From NCBI RefSeq assembly GCF_009914755.1, contig NC_060929.1: 64,000 bases of DNA, one strand, 5' to 3'. Below the pieces are notes generated by a model that worked only from the letters and a program-made list of their open reading frames with translations, ran no database searches and was not told the origin of the DNA. Made by a program: the position numbers and the translations under genes. This DNA comes from the human T2T-CHM13v2.0 reference genome, Homo sapiens. Positions 56,816 through 64,000 of this stretch are shown piece by piece. Numbering within the stretch: position 1 is the stretch's first letter; every line of letters starts with the position of its first letter.

Positions 56816-57182
56816 GTGAGAAGTGGAGGAAGCGAAGCTGGACTCCTAGCAGGAGCTGATCTCTGGAGTGCTGCAGACTCCTGGCCTGTACCCTTGGGGG
56901 ACCCTATCTGAATGTGCATGGAATGGGGGCAGCTGGTCCTGGCCAGGACATGGGGGAGAAAAGAACACTAGCATCAGCGACTGCTCTGTGTCAGCAGAGA
57001 GCTAGGAAAATGCTCAGGGTCTGCTCAGTTAAATGGGACACAGTCTGGAGAAGGAGGGAAGATCTTTATGTTTCACAGAGACTCCCAGAGGCCCCAGGCT
57101 ATGTCCTACACACAGGGTAGAGGAAAAGGACCAGCTTGATGTGTACTAGTAAATCACTGATGGAATCTGTTACTTCCTCTAG

Positions 57183-57419
<237 letters not shown>

Positions 57420-57538
57420 TAGACAAATCTGGAGGGAAATTTTGTTCTTTTGCGTCAGTGCAGGGCTGAGTGTGGATATTGACCATGCAGAGGTCACATC
57501 TTGACCTTGTTCAAGACTCTCCCAGCTCATCAGACTGA

Positions 57539-57757
<219 letters not shown>

Positions 57758-57762
57758 TAGGA

Positions 57763-58884
<1,122 letters not shown>

Positions 58885-59015
58885 AGTGACCTCCTGAAAC
58901 CAGCCTGGGTTTAGGTCTCAGCTACATTTCAGAATTTAACAAAGGAAAAAGAATCTTCCCTCAAAAGCATAAATGTTCAACAAACAAGCAAAATGCAAGA
59001 CAGTATATACAGTAA

Positions 59016-59357
<342 letters not shown>

Positions 59358-60324
59358 TCATATAAAGTTTTAAAACTTGTAAAATATATATAGTATTTAT
59401 AGATACAATAATAAGTGGTAAATGTATAAAATCTAAATGTGAATAAGAGTGCCAAATTCAGAACATTTATCATCACAACAAAAGAAGGAAGGGCTGGCAG
59501 GTGGCTTCACTGTGGCTTGGTTAGTTTTTTTGTATGTTTTTATTTTTGTTTTTAAATTTTGAAATACACATAAAAAGATCTGAAACAATTGTGACAGAAT
59601 GTTGACATTGGACTGAATGGTGATGGATGTATAGGTTTTCCAGTACCATTCTCCATTGTTTTCTATATGTTTAAAATTTGTCATTCTTTTTTTTTTTTTA
59701 AATTGTGTTTGCTAAACATTGTTAATACATCATAGAACAATGAAAGCAAACTTAATTAAACTGTAAATCCACGAAAAAGCTTTCTAATACCAATCTCATA
59801 ATATTGATTTAAATTTCTTAGAAGAAGAAATAATATTAAGTAAAGATATATCATTTATGTACATTTAATCATACTATATGATCCTCTTATACCAAAATGA
59901 ATCTACTTCTTTGTCTCGATTCTGGAGCGGGTTTGAGAGAGCTGTTTAGTTTCCCTGATCTTTCCCATATGTCACTGACCAGAGACAGCATCAGGTAAAT
60001 AAAATAATGTATCATAATTATAAAATAGAAGTGTGAAGCTCATTTCCTCTTCTACTGCTTGGTTAGGAGAGTTTAGAAGTAAAAAGAGTCAATCTACCCA
60101 AACTAGAGAAAGCAACTTGGATTGGGTCTACGATTTCCCCATCTATGGATTTTAGATTCCTTAGGACCTAAAAATACTGTAAGAGGTATGAAAGGCCAGT
60201 GTTTGCTTTTCTGCCAATGTTTTGACATGAAAAGAATGGCTCTTTAGCGGGAATCTATCTCCCATGGTTTACCACACATCTATACATCTTTATCTGAACT
60301 CAGTTAAAATCCCTAATTTAAGTT

Positions 60325-64000
<3,676 letters not shown>

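Overview
Human (primate) genomic DNA. The only protein-coding gene I can support is the 5' end of PRDM9 on the + strand: a CpG-rich promoter (~54960-55420), a likely non-coding first exon (~55330-55425), and three coding exons (56747-56815, 57183-57306, 57633-57740). These splice in frame into the N-terminus and ancestral KRAB domain. The residues MSPEKSQEESPEEDT and [13 protein letters not shown] match PRDM9 rather than PRDM7 as I recall them. The SSXRD, PR/SET and zinc-finger exons are not in the window. The first ~50 kb are an AT-rich gene desert made of nested L1, L2, MaLR/ERV LTRs, DNA-transposon fossils and scattered Alus; Alu density rises sharply after ~50-52 kb. Almost all short ORFs in the supplied track are repeat-derived noise. 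I see no evidence of a wholly new gene system. The most interesting unexplained signals are: (1) a ~30-copy degenerate ~25-bp tandem array in PRDM9 intron 1, rich in CCTCAG/CNCCTCAG motifs; (2) a strong-Kozak uORF in exon 1; (3) a heavily decayed, apparently intronless TRIM (RING/B-box/coiled-coil/PRY-SPRY) fossil at ~3.9-5.2 kb; (4) a TSD-less MST LTR with a fold-back scar that may mark the PRDM7/PRDM9 duplication junction; (5) an L1 5'UTR fragment abutting the promoter. Repeat subfamily names come from memory of consensus sequences, not from a RepeatMasker run, and their boundaries are approximate unless a TSD is quoted.
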